This document shows positions 10,028 through 22,194 of a DNA stretch of 54,589 nt, piece by piece. The DNA lies in NCBI GenBank assembly GCA_001303705.1, contig LJUI01000008.1, positions 1 to 54,589 on the forward strand. Direction: 5' to 3'. Within the stretch, counting starts at the first letter, position 1. Every line of letters begins with the position of its first letter. Position numbers and translations under genes: made by a program. The notes under the pieces were generated by a model. It worked only from the letters and a program-made list of their open reading frames with translations, was not told where the DNA came from and made no database searches. This stretch comes from a candidate division TA06 bacterium SM23_40 (lineage in GTDB: Bacteria; LJUI01; SM1-40).

Positions 10028-12430
10028 TCACGGGAGTACGAATCCGAGGAAACTCGGCTCAATCTTGATCTCCGGGATGGCCCGTATGCCGACGCGGAAA
10101 TCGTACGACCACCGGTTCCCCACCAAGCTCCAGTTGAACCGCGCCTCCCAGCAGTGGAGATCTCGGTATACCTGGAGCCGTTGCGAGACGACATCGCGCT
10201 CTTCAAGATCGTAGCGGACCGAGTAATCGACCCGCCAGTGTTTCGTGAGATTCAACCCGACGGAGCCCCAGACCTGCCGGGCCTCGCGCACATCCTCCTC
10301 CCCGATTGCCTGCCGACTATAGGTATGTGATAGACTCAATCGCCACGGCTTCCCGACCGGGCTGGGCTCCTCGGGCTGATCTGCCCCGCCCTCCCCGCCG
10401 AGCCCTGTCAACATCGGCGACGTCGACTCCACGTCCCCATCACCACCAACCGTGTCGAGCTCAGCTTCCTCCCCGGCCCGGCCCGGGGCCTCCCCCTCGC
10501 TCTGTCCTGATAGGTGCAGAGAAAGCGTCAGGTTGAGCCGTTCGAGTCGCCGATCATATGGATCGTGAGTCGTCGACAGGTCCATGCGCAGCGCCCGCGT
10601 CGGCCGCACCTCTAAGCGGCTCCTCACATCCGAGAGCCGTCTCTCTTCCTTGCGCCTGTCGTAGCTCGCCGACACGTCCAGATAGGCGAGATCTAAGGTC
10701 CGCTCACCTTCGCCTTCGCCGATCTTCGCCTGGAATGTATTGCCGATGTTTCCGCTCACAACATCCTGAGGGGCAATTGTTCCGATCCCGGCAAACCGGT
10801 ACAACTGTGATTGGTCGCGCTCGGGCGTGTATCGGTACGTGAGTCTAGGCCGTACGACGTGACGCATCGAGCGCACCGGACCGAGGGAACGCCGGAAATA
10901 TCCATAGGCGGTAGCGCTCACGCCGATCGAAGTCTCATAGATCCCTCGCCGCACGTTCCGCTGCCCCTCGGTGTCTCTGTCGTACCATGTCTCACGGTAC
11001 GTGAGGCGAGGACTCAGATTCAACCAACCGAAGAGTTGGGGAGAGTATGACAGCTCAACGCTGCTGTCGATCGCCTGATGGTCTCCCGCCGAGGTGCTCT
11101 CCGAGCCGATGAGTCGCGATTTACCGGAGACATAGAGTCTGTTATACCAGCTGGGTTCCTGCTCTGTCTGGCCCCGCCGCTGGCGGCCCGGAGCAGACGG
11201 CACGAGTGGCCGCTTTACGAGCACGAACGACGCATCCGGCACCTTGGCCGTCCGCTCATCCGTGTCCAGATTCCGCTGCTCCTCGAGCACAACCGAGGCG
11301 CGGGCACCGCTCCAGGATTTGCTGACCGATAGGTAGGACTGAGTGTCCCGTCGCAGCCGCTCTTCGAGATTCCCGCTGATGTCTGTGTAGAATTGCGAAT
11401 CACTGACGAAGCTGCCCCTCCCCTGCACATTGAACCCCTCACCGATCCGATGCAGATGGGCAAACCGCACGCTCCACCGTCTCGTCTGGCTCCGTCGATC
11501 TTCGATGTAGGAGCCGATGACTTGCCCGGTGAGTTGTGGCCGCGCGATATACAAGCCCTCGAGCAACCAGTGGTATCCGAGATGTTCCATGAAGTCGAGG
11601 GTGAGGGTCGCATCGGCGTAGTCGTTCATGACATAGTAATAGGCCAGGTTCTTGATGTATCTCCCCTCTCTCTCATCCTCCCCGAACCTGGGGATCAGGA
11701 ACCCTGAGTGACGGTCCCGCCGGATCGGGAAGAACCAGAAGGGAAGTGCCATTATCGGGACATCCTGAACCATCAGGATGAGAGGCTCACACACCACCAT
11801 GTCATCACGATATATCTTCATGCGGTCTGCGGCGAACCAGTAGTGAGGCGTCTCGTCCTCGCAGGTGGTGAATGTCCCCCTGTGAACGTTGAGGCTATTG
11901 TCGCCCACCTTCCTGATGACCTCTCCCGTGAACCACCCCTTCTGAAGCTGGGTGCGTCCTCTGCTGACCGCCCCCTTCTCGCTCTCCATATTGTAGGCCA
12001 TCACCGATCCGGTGATCTCCTGGCTTCCATCCCACAGCACAGGCGAGCCCCGCGCCACGACGATGCGGCTCTTGGCGTTGTACTCGACAGTATCGGCCTC
12101 CACCTTCAGTCGCTCATAGGTGACTGTTGCGCCATCGCGGAGTATGATGAGCTCATCGGGGACGTGGTACTCAATGACCCCGGCGCTATAGCTGACGAGC
12201 CCCTGCCGACCCCTTTCCGGGCCTCGCTCAACCATCTCCTCGGCAGGCGCGCTCACCTCGATACTGTCAGAGATGCCCGACGCCGGCACGAGCAGCGAGA
12301 ATGCATCCTGCGATCGGACGGGGCTCACACCGTGTATGACGATGATCCCGAGCGCCCATATCGCACTGGTTCTCAGAGTCACGCCTGGATCGGGCCTTCT
12401 GGTCATCATGCGTGAATCGACTGATTCCAT
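10028..12430 (-). CDS. lptD: LPS-assembly outer membrane protein LptD-like (start uncertain)
   Basis: Signal-like hydrophobic segment, jellyroll-type N-domain (ADTVEYN, TFTTCE..PHY), R-x-SGFLIP motif, long alternating beta-strand region, C-terminal RDLHCWE. Confidence 0.8.
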   Translation of the reverse strand: MESVDSRMMTRRPDPGVTLRTSAIWALGIIVIHGVSPVRSQDAFSLLVPASGISDSIEVSAPAEEMVERGPERGRQGLVSYSAGVIEYHVPDELIILRDGATVTYERLKVEADTVEYNAKSRIVVARGSPVLWDGSQEITGSVMAYNMESEKGAVSRGRTQLQKGWFTGEVIRKVGDNSLNVHRGTFTTCEDETPHYWFAADRMKIYRDDMVVCEPLILMVQDVPIMALPFWFFPIRRDRHSGFLIPRFGEDEREGRYIKNLAYYYVMNDYADATLTLDFMEHLGYHWLLEGLYIARPQLTGQVIGSYIEDRRSQTRRWSVRFAHLHRIGEGFNVQGRGSFVSDSQFYTDISGNLEERLRRDTQSYLSVSKSWSGARASVVLEEQRNLDTDERTAKVPDASFVLVKRPLVPSAPGRQRRGQTEQEPSWYNRLYVSGKSRLIGSESTSAGDHQAIDSSVELSYSPQLFGWLNLSPRLTYRETWYDRDTEGQRNVRRGIYETSIGVSATAYGYFRRSLGPVRSMRHVVRPRLTYRYTPERDQSQLYRFAGIGTIAPQDVVSGNIGNTFQAKIGEGEGERTLDLAYLDVSASYDRRKEERRLSDVRSRLEVRPTRALRMDLSTTHDPYDRRLERLNLTLSLHLSGQSEGEAPGRAGEEAELDTVGGDGDVESTSPMLTGLGGEGGADQPEEPSPVGKPWRLSLSHTYSRQAIGEEDVREARQVWGSVGLNLTKHWRVDYSVRYDLEERDVVSQRLQVYRDLHCWEARFNWSLVGNRWSYDFRVGIRAIPEIKIEPSFLGFVLP

Positions 12431-12487
12431 GTCAAACGGTGTGGCGGATTGGGTGGCCGGAGAATGGAGCGGAGAGGCAGGAAGGAT

Positions 12488-13591
12488 TCAGATGGAGTCT
12501 CCGGTCCCGGCGTCGAAGAAATGGGCTCGCTCGAGGCTGAATCCGAATTCGAGTACATCTCCGACCGCGGGGGGCTTCGTCGCCGAGACCTTTGCCACCA
12601 TTGTTCCCTCGCCCGCACGGAAGTGAAGCAGTATCTCGCTGCCCATGGGTTCGACAACCTCGACCTCGGCGCGGAGTTGCACATCACCGACCCCGCCGGC
12701 GGTCCCACCACCCACATCCCGCCATACGATGTGTTCAGGGCGGATACCGAAGAACACCTCTCTCGACGTGCCACCGAGCCGCTCCCCGATCGCCGGAGGG
12801 ATGTCGATCAGCAGCCATTCCGCGTCGAGCGTCAGGCTCCGCTCCCCATCCCATTTCGCCTCGACCAGGTTCATGGCAGGGCTCCCGATGAACTGCGCCA
12901 CGAAGCTGTTCCGCGGCTGGCGGTACAGAGACATCGGATCGTCGATCTGCTGCAACCTCCCCTGCTTGAGCACAACGATCCTGTTGCCCATGGTCATCGC
13001 CTCCACCTGATCATGCGTGACATAGATCATGGTGGTACCGAGATGCTGATGGAGCCGGGAAAGCTCAGCCCTCATCTGGACCCGGAGCCTGGCATCCAGG
13101 TTCGACAGCGGCTCGTCGAAAAGAAAGACCTTGGGCTTGCGCACGATCGCCCGCCCCACGGCCACCCTCTGTCGCTCGCCGCCGGATAGCTCACGCGGCT
13201 TCCTGTGGAGGAGATGCTCAATGCCGAGCAGAGACGCCGCGCCGCGGACGCGCTCCAGAACCTTCTGTCTGGGGTGGCGTCTCAGCTTCAGCCCAAATGC
13301 CATGTTGTCGAAGACTGTCATGTGCGGGTACAAAGCATAGTTCTGGAAAACCATGGCGATGTCCCGATCCCGTGGCGAGTCAGTGTTGACGACGCGCCCA
13401 TCGATCACCACGTCCCCGCTGGTCACCTCTTCGAGACCGGCGATGAGGCGAAGGACCGTCGATTTCCCGCACCCCGAGGGGCCCACGAGGACAACGAACT
13501 CCTGGTCGGCAACGGCGAAGCTGATGTGATCGACTGCCACCACATCCCTGCCGAACCTCTTTGTGACATCTCTCAACTCCACTGTCGCCAT
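12488..13591 (-). CDS. carbohydrate ABC transporter ATP-binding subunit (MalK/UgpC/MsmX family)
   Basis: GPSGCGKS, VFQNYALYPHM, LSGGERQR, DEPLSNLD, YVTHDQ, TOBE-like C-terminus; start ATG 13591. Confidence 0.95.
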   Translation of the reverse strand: MATVELRDVTKRFGRDVVAVDHISFAVADQEFVVLVGPSGCGKSTVLRLIAGLEEVTSGDVVIDGRVVNTDSPRDRDIAMVFQNYALYPHMTVFDNMAFGLKLRRHPRQKVLERVRGAASLLGIEHLLHRKPRELSGGERQRVAVGRAIVRKPKVFLFDEPLSNLDARLRVQMRAELSRLHQHLGTTMIYVTHDQVEAMTMGNRIVVLKQGRLQQIDDPMSLYRQPRNSFVAQFIGSPAMNLVEAKWDGERSLTLDAEWLLIDIPPAIGERLGGTSREVFFGIRPEHIVWRDVGGGTAGGVGDVQLRAEVEVVEPMGSEILLHFRAGEGTMVAKVSATKPPAVGDVLEFGFSLERAHFFDAGTGDSI

Positions 13592-13595
13592 CGCA

Positions 13596-14480
13596 CTACT
13601 CCGTCGCTCTGAGCTCATCACGCTCGTGGGGCTCGGCGCGGCGGTCGATACCGAAGAAATCGAGAATGTTTGCAATCGTCGCTTTCAATTCCTTCCTCGA
13701 TACCACCTTATCGATCATCCCATGTTCGAGAAGGAACTCTGATCTCTGGAATCCCGGTGGCAGTTCCTCGCCAATCGTCTGTTGGATGACCCGAGGACCG
13801 GCGAACCCCAGGAGCGCTCCCGGCTCGGCCAGAATGACATCCCCGAGTGAAGCGAAGGATGCCATGACTCCGGCCATGGTCGGATCTGTCAGCACAACGA
13901 TATACGGGATCCTCGACCGTCCGAGGTCGCCAAGAGCGGCGGAGGGCTCAGCCATCTGCATGAGGGAGAGAATCCCCTCCTGCATGCGCATCCCGCCACC
14001 TGAGGCCGTGACGATGATGAGGGGGAGCCTCTCTTGTGTGGCGAGCCGTATCGCCCTCGCCACCTTCTCGCCGACGAGCGAACCCATACTCCCGCCCATG
14101 AACTCGAAATCAGTAACCGCGAAGACGACCGGATGCCCGCCGATCCTGCCCCGGCCACTGGTGATTCCTTCCCTCAGGCCCGTTCGCGTCTGCGCCTCCC
14201 GGAGTTTGGCCCGATAGTCGGGAAACCCGAGAGGGTCAGTGGTCGCAAGATCAGCATCGATCTCTTCGATCGCGCCGTCGTCGAGCAGGATCTCGACATA
14301 CTGCCTGCTGTTTATACGGAAATGGAACCCGCATTTGGTGCAGATCGAGAGGTTTTGCAGCAATTCTTTCCGATAGATGATCTCGCCACACTTGTCGCAT
14401 TTGAGCCACAAGCCGTCAGGGATCTCTTTCTTCTTCTGCCGACGAACACGCGGAGGTCTTGTTCTCCTGAACCAGGACAT
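13596..14480 (-). CDS. accD: acetyl-CoA carboxylase carboxyltransferase beta subunit
   Basis: GLWLKCDKC...CTKC zinc finger, FMGGSMGS, RMQEG, GFAGPRVI, FQRSEFLLEHG. Confidence 0.95.
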   Translation of the reverse strand: MSWFRRTRPPRVRRQKKKEIPDGLWLKCDKCGEIIYRKELLQNLSICTKCGFHFRINSRQYVEILLDDGAIEEIDADLATTDPLGFPDYRAKLREAQTRTGLREGITSGRGRIGGHPVVFAVTDFEFMGGSMGSLVGEKVARAIRLATQERLPLIIVTASGGGMRMQEGILSLMQMAEPSAALGDLGRSRIPYIVVLTDPTMAGVMASFASLGDVILAEPGALLGFAGPRVIQQTIGEELPPGFQRSEFLLEHGMIDKVVSRKELKATIANILDFFGIDRRAEPHERDELRATE

Positions 14481-14546
14481 GATCACTCGCTCCCTGGAAG
14501 CAATCCACACTTCGCTGCTGCTGGTATGCCCCACGACCTCGAAGGG

Positions 14547-15086
14547 CTATCCCCGCCCCGCCGAAAACGGTTGTGGCTCTATCATAGGCGGGATGGCACA
14601 TCCAGGTCCCTCGCGGCCGGGCGCTGATCCCCCTCCCAGAGCCCGCGCCATGACGATCGCATCCTCGCAGTCTGGCACATAGTACTGCGGCCGCCGACCC
14701 ACAACCCGGAATCCATATCTTCCGTACAGAGCGAGAGCTGCCTCATTGGAAGGACGGACTTCCAGAGTCGCCAGACGCGCCCCTCCCTGCTCACCGGCGC
14801 TCAGCAGTCTCCTCAACAGGGTAGTCGCGATCCCCCTCCGCCGCATCCGCTCGGCAACCGCCAGATTCCCGATATGGAGATAGGGAGGGAGGATCCACCC
14901 CACACAATACCCTACCACAATCTCGCCCTGTACCGCCACAAGGGAAATCGTGAGATCGGAGTCGAGATCGATTTCGAAGGTGCTTCTCGACCAGGGCATC
15001 TTGAACGATGCTCGCTCGATGGCCAGCACCTGATTCAGGTGCTGCCGTTCCATCTCACCGACTGCTATGTCTCCGGCGTCGCGCAA
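14547..15086 (-). CDS. rimI: ribosomal protein alanine N-acetyltransferase (GNAT)
   Basis: IERASF..PWS, NLAV..RRRGIA, LEVRPSN, RPQYY..EDAIVM; TTG start after GGAGG; tsaE-tsaB-rimI context. Confidence 0.92.
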   Translation of the reverse strand: MRDAGDIAVGEMERQHLNQVLAIERASFKMPWSRSTFEIDLDSDLTISLVAVQGEIVVGYCVGWILPPYLHIGNLAVAERMRRRGIATTLLRRLLSAGEQGGARLATLEVRPSNEAALALYGRYGFRVVGRRPQYYVPDCEDAIVMARALGGGSAPGREGPGCAIPPMIEPQPFSAGRG

Positions 15087-15699
15087 GTTCAGCCTCCGAC
15101 GGCCTCAGATAGCTCGGCACCAGGGCGGCGGCATCTTCCTCCTCACCCCGCTCCAGGCGTATCGCCCCAAGAAAGGCGATGGCGGACGCCCGCGGCCGGG
15201 CGTGGCCGACCGGGACGAAATGCGCCTTCGCACCGCACAGGCGGCTCAGTGCCTCCCGATAGACCAACGCACCAGTTCCCAGAAACAGCGTGTCAGTGTC
15301 TCGATAGACGACGGGCAGCTCTTCCGGTGCGCAGGCAACGGGCGCGCTCAGTTCCTCTGGAACTCCCCCCGCCGTCGAGTACAGCCCGATGTACATCTCC
15401 CCTTTTCGCGCATCGAGCGCCGGGGCCACGGGCCAACAGGCGAATGGAACATCCCAGGCCATCGCCGCCAGGGAAGAGATGCCGACGATCGGCTTCGACA
15501 ATGCGAGGGCCAGTCCTTTGGCGGCAGCAAGCCCTACCCGCAGGCCGGTGAACGACCCCGGACCGATAGAGACCGCAATCCCATCGATGTGGTGGGGCGT
15601 CAGGCCGCCCCCCAGGCTGCATTCCCCGATCAGCTCGCCGGCGCGGACAAGTGCCGCACCACACCTGCCCGTCGACGACTCTATCCCCAACACCATCAT
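15055..15699 (-). CDS. tsaB: tRNA t6A biosynthesis protein TsaB (apparent internal deletion)
   Basis: VLGIESST, GPGSFTGLRVG, DARKGEMY, PSYLR; ATG overlaps the tsaE stop. Confidence 0.9.
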   Translation of the reverse strand: MMVLGIESSTGRCGAALVRAGELIGECSLGGGLTPHHIDGIAVSIGPGSFTGLRVGLAAAKGLALALSKPIVGISSLAAMAWDVPFACWPVAPALDARKGEMYIGLYSTAGGVPEELSAPVACAPEELPVVYRDTDTLFLGTGALVYREALSRLCGAKAHFVPVGHARPRASAIAFLGAIRLERGEEEDAAALVPSYLRPSEAELARRRRHSSR

Positions 15700-16259
15700 C
15701 CGGATGTCCCCCGATCGAGCGGCTCGGCCTCCCCCGCGCCTCGCGCCGACTCCCAGAGCAACCCGGCAAGATCGCCGACGAGCCGGCCCTCCTGAGTTCC
15801 AGTTGCGGAAATGGTCAACCTCCGCTCGAGAGGCGCGAGGTGTGATATGTCCACATCTATCTTCGAGGCAGGGACCAGTCCTCCTGCCTTCTCTGGCCAC
15901 TCCACTACGACGACAGCATCCACACCAAGATACTCGTCCCAGCCGAGGTCTGCCACCTCATGTGCATCGTCTATTCGATAGAGATCGATATGATAGAAGG
16001 GGAGAACGCCGGCGTGCTCGGCGACGAGGATATAGCTCGGACTCCTGACCCGAGAGCGGACACCGAGACCGTCAGCCACTCCCTGCGCGAAACACGTCTT
16101 GCCGGAACCGAGGGGCCCTGTCAGCCCGATGAAGGTAGCCCGTCTGATGAGAGAACCCAGCATCCTGCCGAGCGACCGCGTATCATGCCCGGATTCCGTG
16201 ATCAGGACGAGCGTAGGGTTGATCCCCCTCTCAATCGACTCGATGTGCAAGTTCTTCAT
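15696..16259 (-). CDS. tsaE: tRNA t6A biosynthesis ATPase TsaE (start uncertain)
   Basis: GPLGSGKT, SPSY, HIDLYR, VEW. Confidence 0.93.
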   Translation of the reverse strand: MKNLHIESIERGINPTLVLITESGHDTRSLGRMLGSLIRRATFIGLTGPLGSGKTCFAQGVADGLGVRSRVRSPSYILVAEHAGVLPFYHIDLYRIDDAHEVADLGWDEYLGVDAVVVVEWPEKAGGLVPASKIDVDISHLAPLERRLTISATGTQEGRLVGDLAGLLWESARGAGEAEPLDRGTSG

Positions 16260-16269
16260 CTGCTCTGCT

Positions 16270-17052
16270 TCATCGGTCACTCGGCATCCCACAGACCCGC
16301 TCGTGGATGAGCCGCAATCCGCTGAGGACGAGATGCCGGTCGACGCGGGCTATTGTCCGCGTCTGTGGCACGATAAGATCGGCAAGCCCCCCCGTCGCCA
16401 CCACCTCTGCCCTCTCGCCCAACTCACTGAGCAACCTCTCCACCATACCGTCGATGAGGCTAGCAATCCCCAACACAACTCCCGAGCGTATCGAGTCCTC
16501 AGTTGTTGTTGCGATTGCCGACTGCGGGACTCTGAGATCGACGCGCGGCAGTCTCGCCGCCCGCCGGAAGAGCGCATCCACACTTGCCTCGATCCCGGGG
16601 GCGATTGCGCCGCCGATGTACTCACCTTCCTGTGAGATGACATCGAAGGTGATCGCGGTCCCGAGGTCGACGACGATGGCCGGGACGCCGTACAGCTCCT
16701 TTGCCGCCACGGCATTGACGATCCGATCCGCGCCAACCTGGTCCGGATCCTGATAGCGTATCTTCATGCCCGTTGGGGTACGCGCTGTCACTACGAGCGG
16801 CTCGACATCAAAGAGACTCCTGCCCGCCGCCTCGAATGCTCCTGTGAGGGCGGGCACGACCGAGGAGATGGCCACGCCGCGAATCCCAGCAACATCGAGC
16901 TCTCTGGAACGGAGAAGATGACCGAGCATCAGAGCGCACTCGTCCGCTGTCAGGGCGCCCCTGCTCGATAGTCGCCAGTCGACAATGAGTTTGGCCCCGT
17001 CGTATACGCCAATCACCACATTCGTGTTACCAACGTCTGCTACGAGAAGCAT
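16270..17052 (-). CDS. coaX: type III pantothenate kinase
   Basis: DVGNT, SSVVP, GADR, VVDLGTAITFD, GGAIAPG. Confidence 0.96.
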   Translation of the reverse strand: MLLVADVGNTNVVIGVYDGAKLIVDWRLSSRGALTADECALMLGHLLRSRELDVAGIRGVAISSVVPALTGAFEAAGRSLFDVEPLVVTARTPTGMKIRYQDPDQVGADRIVNAVAAKELYGVPAIVVDLGTAITFDVISQEGEYIGGAIAPGIEASVDALFRRAARLPRVDLRVPQSAIATTTEDSIRSGVVLGIASLIDGMVERLLSELGERAEVVATGGLADLIVPQTRTIARVDRHLVLSGLRLIHERVCGMPSDR

Positions 17053-17080
17053 CGCACATCTCTCTTTCGGGACTCGCCTC

Positions 17081-18082
17081 TCAGTCAGATAGCTCGATCT
17101 TGCGTACTTCGCCCGCAGGAAGCTGTTGTATCATGCCATGATCATCGCGCAGCACGAGACGTCCCCAATCGTCGATGTCGAGTACCTGGCCGAACACTTC
17201 CTGTTTCTCGATCCAGACCGCCACGTGTTCACCGAGAAGAGAGGAACACTCACGGATCCGCGGCAGGAGCGGGGCGAGGCCGCCGCGGCAGAATCGATGA
17301 TAGGCAGTATCGAAATCGTTGAGTACGCCCGCCGCGAGATCTGGTCGGGGAACGGTCCGCCCCAGCTCGGCAAACAGCGAGGTGGCAGTCCCACGGATAG
17401 AGGGATCGAAATCATCGGGCCTCTGGTTGACGTTGATGCCGATGCCGACGACGATGTGCTGTACGCTCTCAGCAGCTCCCTCCATCTCGCTCAGGATTCC
17501 ACAGATCTTTCTCCCGCTGGCGACGATGACATCGTTCGGCCACCTCACCAACACGGGGAGTCCAACAGCACGGATAGCCTGGGTCACCGAGGCGGCGGCA
17601 ACGAGTGTGATGGCCGGCGCACGCTCAGGTGGCACGGCCGGCCTCAAGATGAGCGACATCCAGATCCCCGCGCCCGGCGGCGACTCCCAGCGTCGTCCCA
17701 GGCGGCCCCTGCCTCGCGTCTGGTGATCGGCGATCACGAGGGTACCTTCCGGCGCACCCCGTCTGGCAAGCTCCAGCGCAGCCGCATTCGTCGATCCGAC
17801 GCGGCCATAGCCCACTATTCTCCCACCCACCACCTCTGTGTGGAGCCCGGCCCGTATGTCGGCAGGCAATACCAGTTCCGGGGTCTCCACCATGCGATAC
17901 CCCGATCCCGGCCTCCGCTCGATGTCGTACCCCCTGGACCGCAGTTCGTCCACCATCCGGGCCAGATCGTCGGCCCCGCAATTGAGGGACCGCTCCAGTT
18001 CATCGATCGCGTAGAACGCGCCGCCGCGAAGCACCTGCAGCAGAGCCTCCTCCCTGTCGGATTCCCTTCCTCTCATCTTCAC
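17081..18082 (-). CDS. birA: biotin-protein ligase with N-terminal HTH
   Basis: wHTH-like N-terminus, STN, QTRGRGRLGRRW, WPND, KICGIL, GIGINVN. Confidence 0.95.
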   Translation of the reverse strand: MKMRGRESDREEALLQVLRGGAFYAIDELERSLNCGADDLARMVDELRSRGYDIERRPGSGYRMVETPELVLPADIRAGLHTEVVGGRIVGYGRVGSTNAAALELARRGAPEGTLVIADHQTRGRGRLGRRWESPPGAGIWMSLILRPAVPPERAPAITLVAAASVTQAIRAVGLPVLVRWPNDVIVASGRKICGILSEMEGAAESVQHIVVGIGINVNQRPDDFDPSIRGTATSLFAELGRTVPRPDLAAGVLNDFDTAYHRFCRGGLAPLLPRIRECSSLLGEHVAVWIEKQEVFGQVLDIDDWGRLVLRDDHGMIQQLPAGEVRKIELSD

Positions 18083-18856
18083 CCGAGGTCCACCTCAAGG
18101 CTGACATCGAGGGCCGGGGCCGAATGCGTCAATGCTCCCACCGAGATGTAATCCACACCAGTCAGGGCGATCTCCCTCACCGTATCGAGGGTCACCCCTC
18201 CCGACGCCTCGACTTCGGCACGACCCCTCGCGAGATCCACGGCTCGCTTCATCGTCCCGATGTCCATATTGTCGAGGAGCAGCCGGTCCGCCCCTGCGGC
18301 GAGCGCCTCCTCCACTTCGGAGAGATCCGTTACCTCTACCTCTATGACGAGGGGTCGCGCCTCAGTGCCGGCCGCGCGCTCTACTGCCTGACGCACCCCT
18401 CCCGCCATCCGGATATGGTTATCCTTGACCAGCACCATATCGAACAGACCCATCCGATGATTGCTACCCCCACCCATCCTGACGGCATACTTCTGGAGCA
18501 TGCGGAGGCCGGGCGCCGTCTTCCGGGTGTCGAGTATGACAGCCCCGGTTCCCTCAATGCGCTCAACGAACTCGGCCGTCAATGTCGCTATGCCGGAGAG
18601 AAGCATCACAAAGTTGAGCGCGGTTCTCTCCGCAGAGAGAATCGGAGCCGCACGTCCCTGAACCCGGGCCAGCACCTGACCCGGCTCGACGCGATCGCCA
18701 TCCCGCGCCTCCAGGACGACGACGGCCTCGGGATCCATCTTGAGGAACGTGGCCTTTGCGACCTCGAGGCCGGCGACAACCCCATGGGCTTTGGCTACGA
18801 CCAGGCCCTCCGCCCTGGAATCTGCGGGAACCACTAATCGACATGTGATGTCACCG

Positions 18857-20905
<2,049 letters not shown>

Positions 20906-21033
20906 GGTATACTCGTTACCGCGTTCGGGTTCTCCATCTCGTACACCGCCGTGCCGGTCGAGATGCATACAGCCCTCGCGCCGTTCCTGACATCATTGAC
21001 CATGAGACAGATGCCCCCCCCGGCATTCGCCCC

Positions 21034-22068
21034 TTATCGAGCGTCCCTTGCCGACTCCGCGCCGTCGCGGAGCTCCCGGAACGTCTCACACAAGATCTGC
21101 CAGACCACCTCCGGGCGGTCACAGGCGAGCGACGACATCGCCGCACACCCCTCGTACCCCCATGCCGCAAGACTCTCAATGCCCATCTCTGAGGCGAGAA
21201 AGGCAGCATCCCGCACCTCGGACTCCCGCCCTCGAGGCACTCTGAACGCCTGGACCCAGATCTGACTCTCTTTCCCGTGCCGGACACAGAGATCCCGGAC
21301 CCGACCTGCCCACTCCCCGACGAACGGCTCCATGTCGCGGCAGAAGTGAAACCAATAGGGATCTGTACCGAAGAGATCGATCGAGCCAAGAGCCGCGATC
21401 CGCTCCCACAGCCCCTGCTGTGGCCACTCGATCTCCTCCCGGCTCTCTGTACCCATATCGACGGGCAACAGACAGATTGCGTTCCCCAGGCCCTGAGAGC
21501 GGGCCTCCATGGCAAGTGCATCGACGAACTCAGTCAACGAGTCGACACGGAACTGCTCAACCTCAGGTGTCAGCGCCCGGGGCATGGGATGGCCAAACCG
21601 CTCGGCGAACCTCCTCTCGCACCGCTCGCAGGAGCAGGCCCAGGGTCCGCCTCGCTTCTGCACAGAATAGAGGTGCGGTTCATCCCAGAAGACAGACTCC
21701 GCGCCGGCAGAGGCGGCAGCGCTGATCCACGAGAAGAGCATATCGCGGAATCGGGTGCTGCCGAGGCAGACGTGTGGAACCGGCGTACCGTCCGAGGTGA
21801 CCTGACGATCTTCTGGATGCTCGGCGAGGAACGAGCTGAACGCCTCCCCCCCGAAGACACGACCAACGCCCCACGGATCGAGATAGACGTCCAGACCGCG
21901 CTTGTGGCTGAGTTCGACGATGCGGTCGATTGTACCCCGATAGTAGAGGAGGTCATTCTCACTGAACGTATGGACAACGAAGGTGCAGCCGGCATCAGCA
22001 ATTCTGTCGAGATCTTCAGCGACGTGCCGGACGTGCCGGACTCCGAAGTAGCTCACACCTACCTTCAC
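21034..22068 (-). CDS. putative TIM-barrel glycoside-hydrolase-like protein
   Basis: GVSYFG start, DLDRIADAG, GLDVYLDPWG, FWDEPH, CSCERC, GTDPYW; alternating beta/alpha pattern; GTG 22068. Confidence 0.6.
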   Translation of the reverse strand: MKVGVSYFGVRHVRHVAEDLDRIADAGCTFVVHTFSENDLLYYRGTIDRIVELSHKRGLDVYLDPWGVGRVFGGEAFSSFLAEHPEDRQVTSDGTPVPHVCLGSTRFRDMLFSWISAAASAGAESVFWDEPHLYSVQKRGGPWACSCERCERRFAERFGHPMPRALTPEVEQFRVDSLTEFVDALAMEARSQGLGNAICLLPVDMGTESREEIEWPQQGLWERIAALGSIDLFGTDPYWFHFCRDMEPFVGEWAGRVRDLCVRHGKESQIWVQAFRVPRGRESEVRDAAFLASEMGIESLAAWGYEGCAAMSSLACDRPEVVWQILCETFRELRDGAESARDAR

Positions 22069-22194
22069 GCTCTTTTCCCCTGTCGCATTGCCCCCCGGGC
22101 GCGGCTCCGGACGCAGGCCCCTGGCGAGACAAGGGCCGAGCCCAAGCCCTCCCCGGACTGAGGCCCGCACACAGGTCTCGCCGCAGGGGCAGCA

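Noticed and set aside
20906..21033. LexA box upstream of uvrB
   Set aside because: GAAC-containing words do not match CTGT-N8-ACAG, GAAC-N4-GTTC or GAAC-N7-GAAC.
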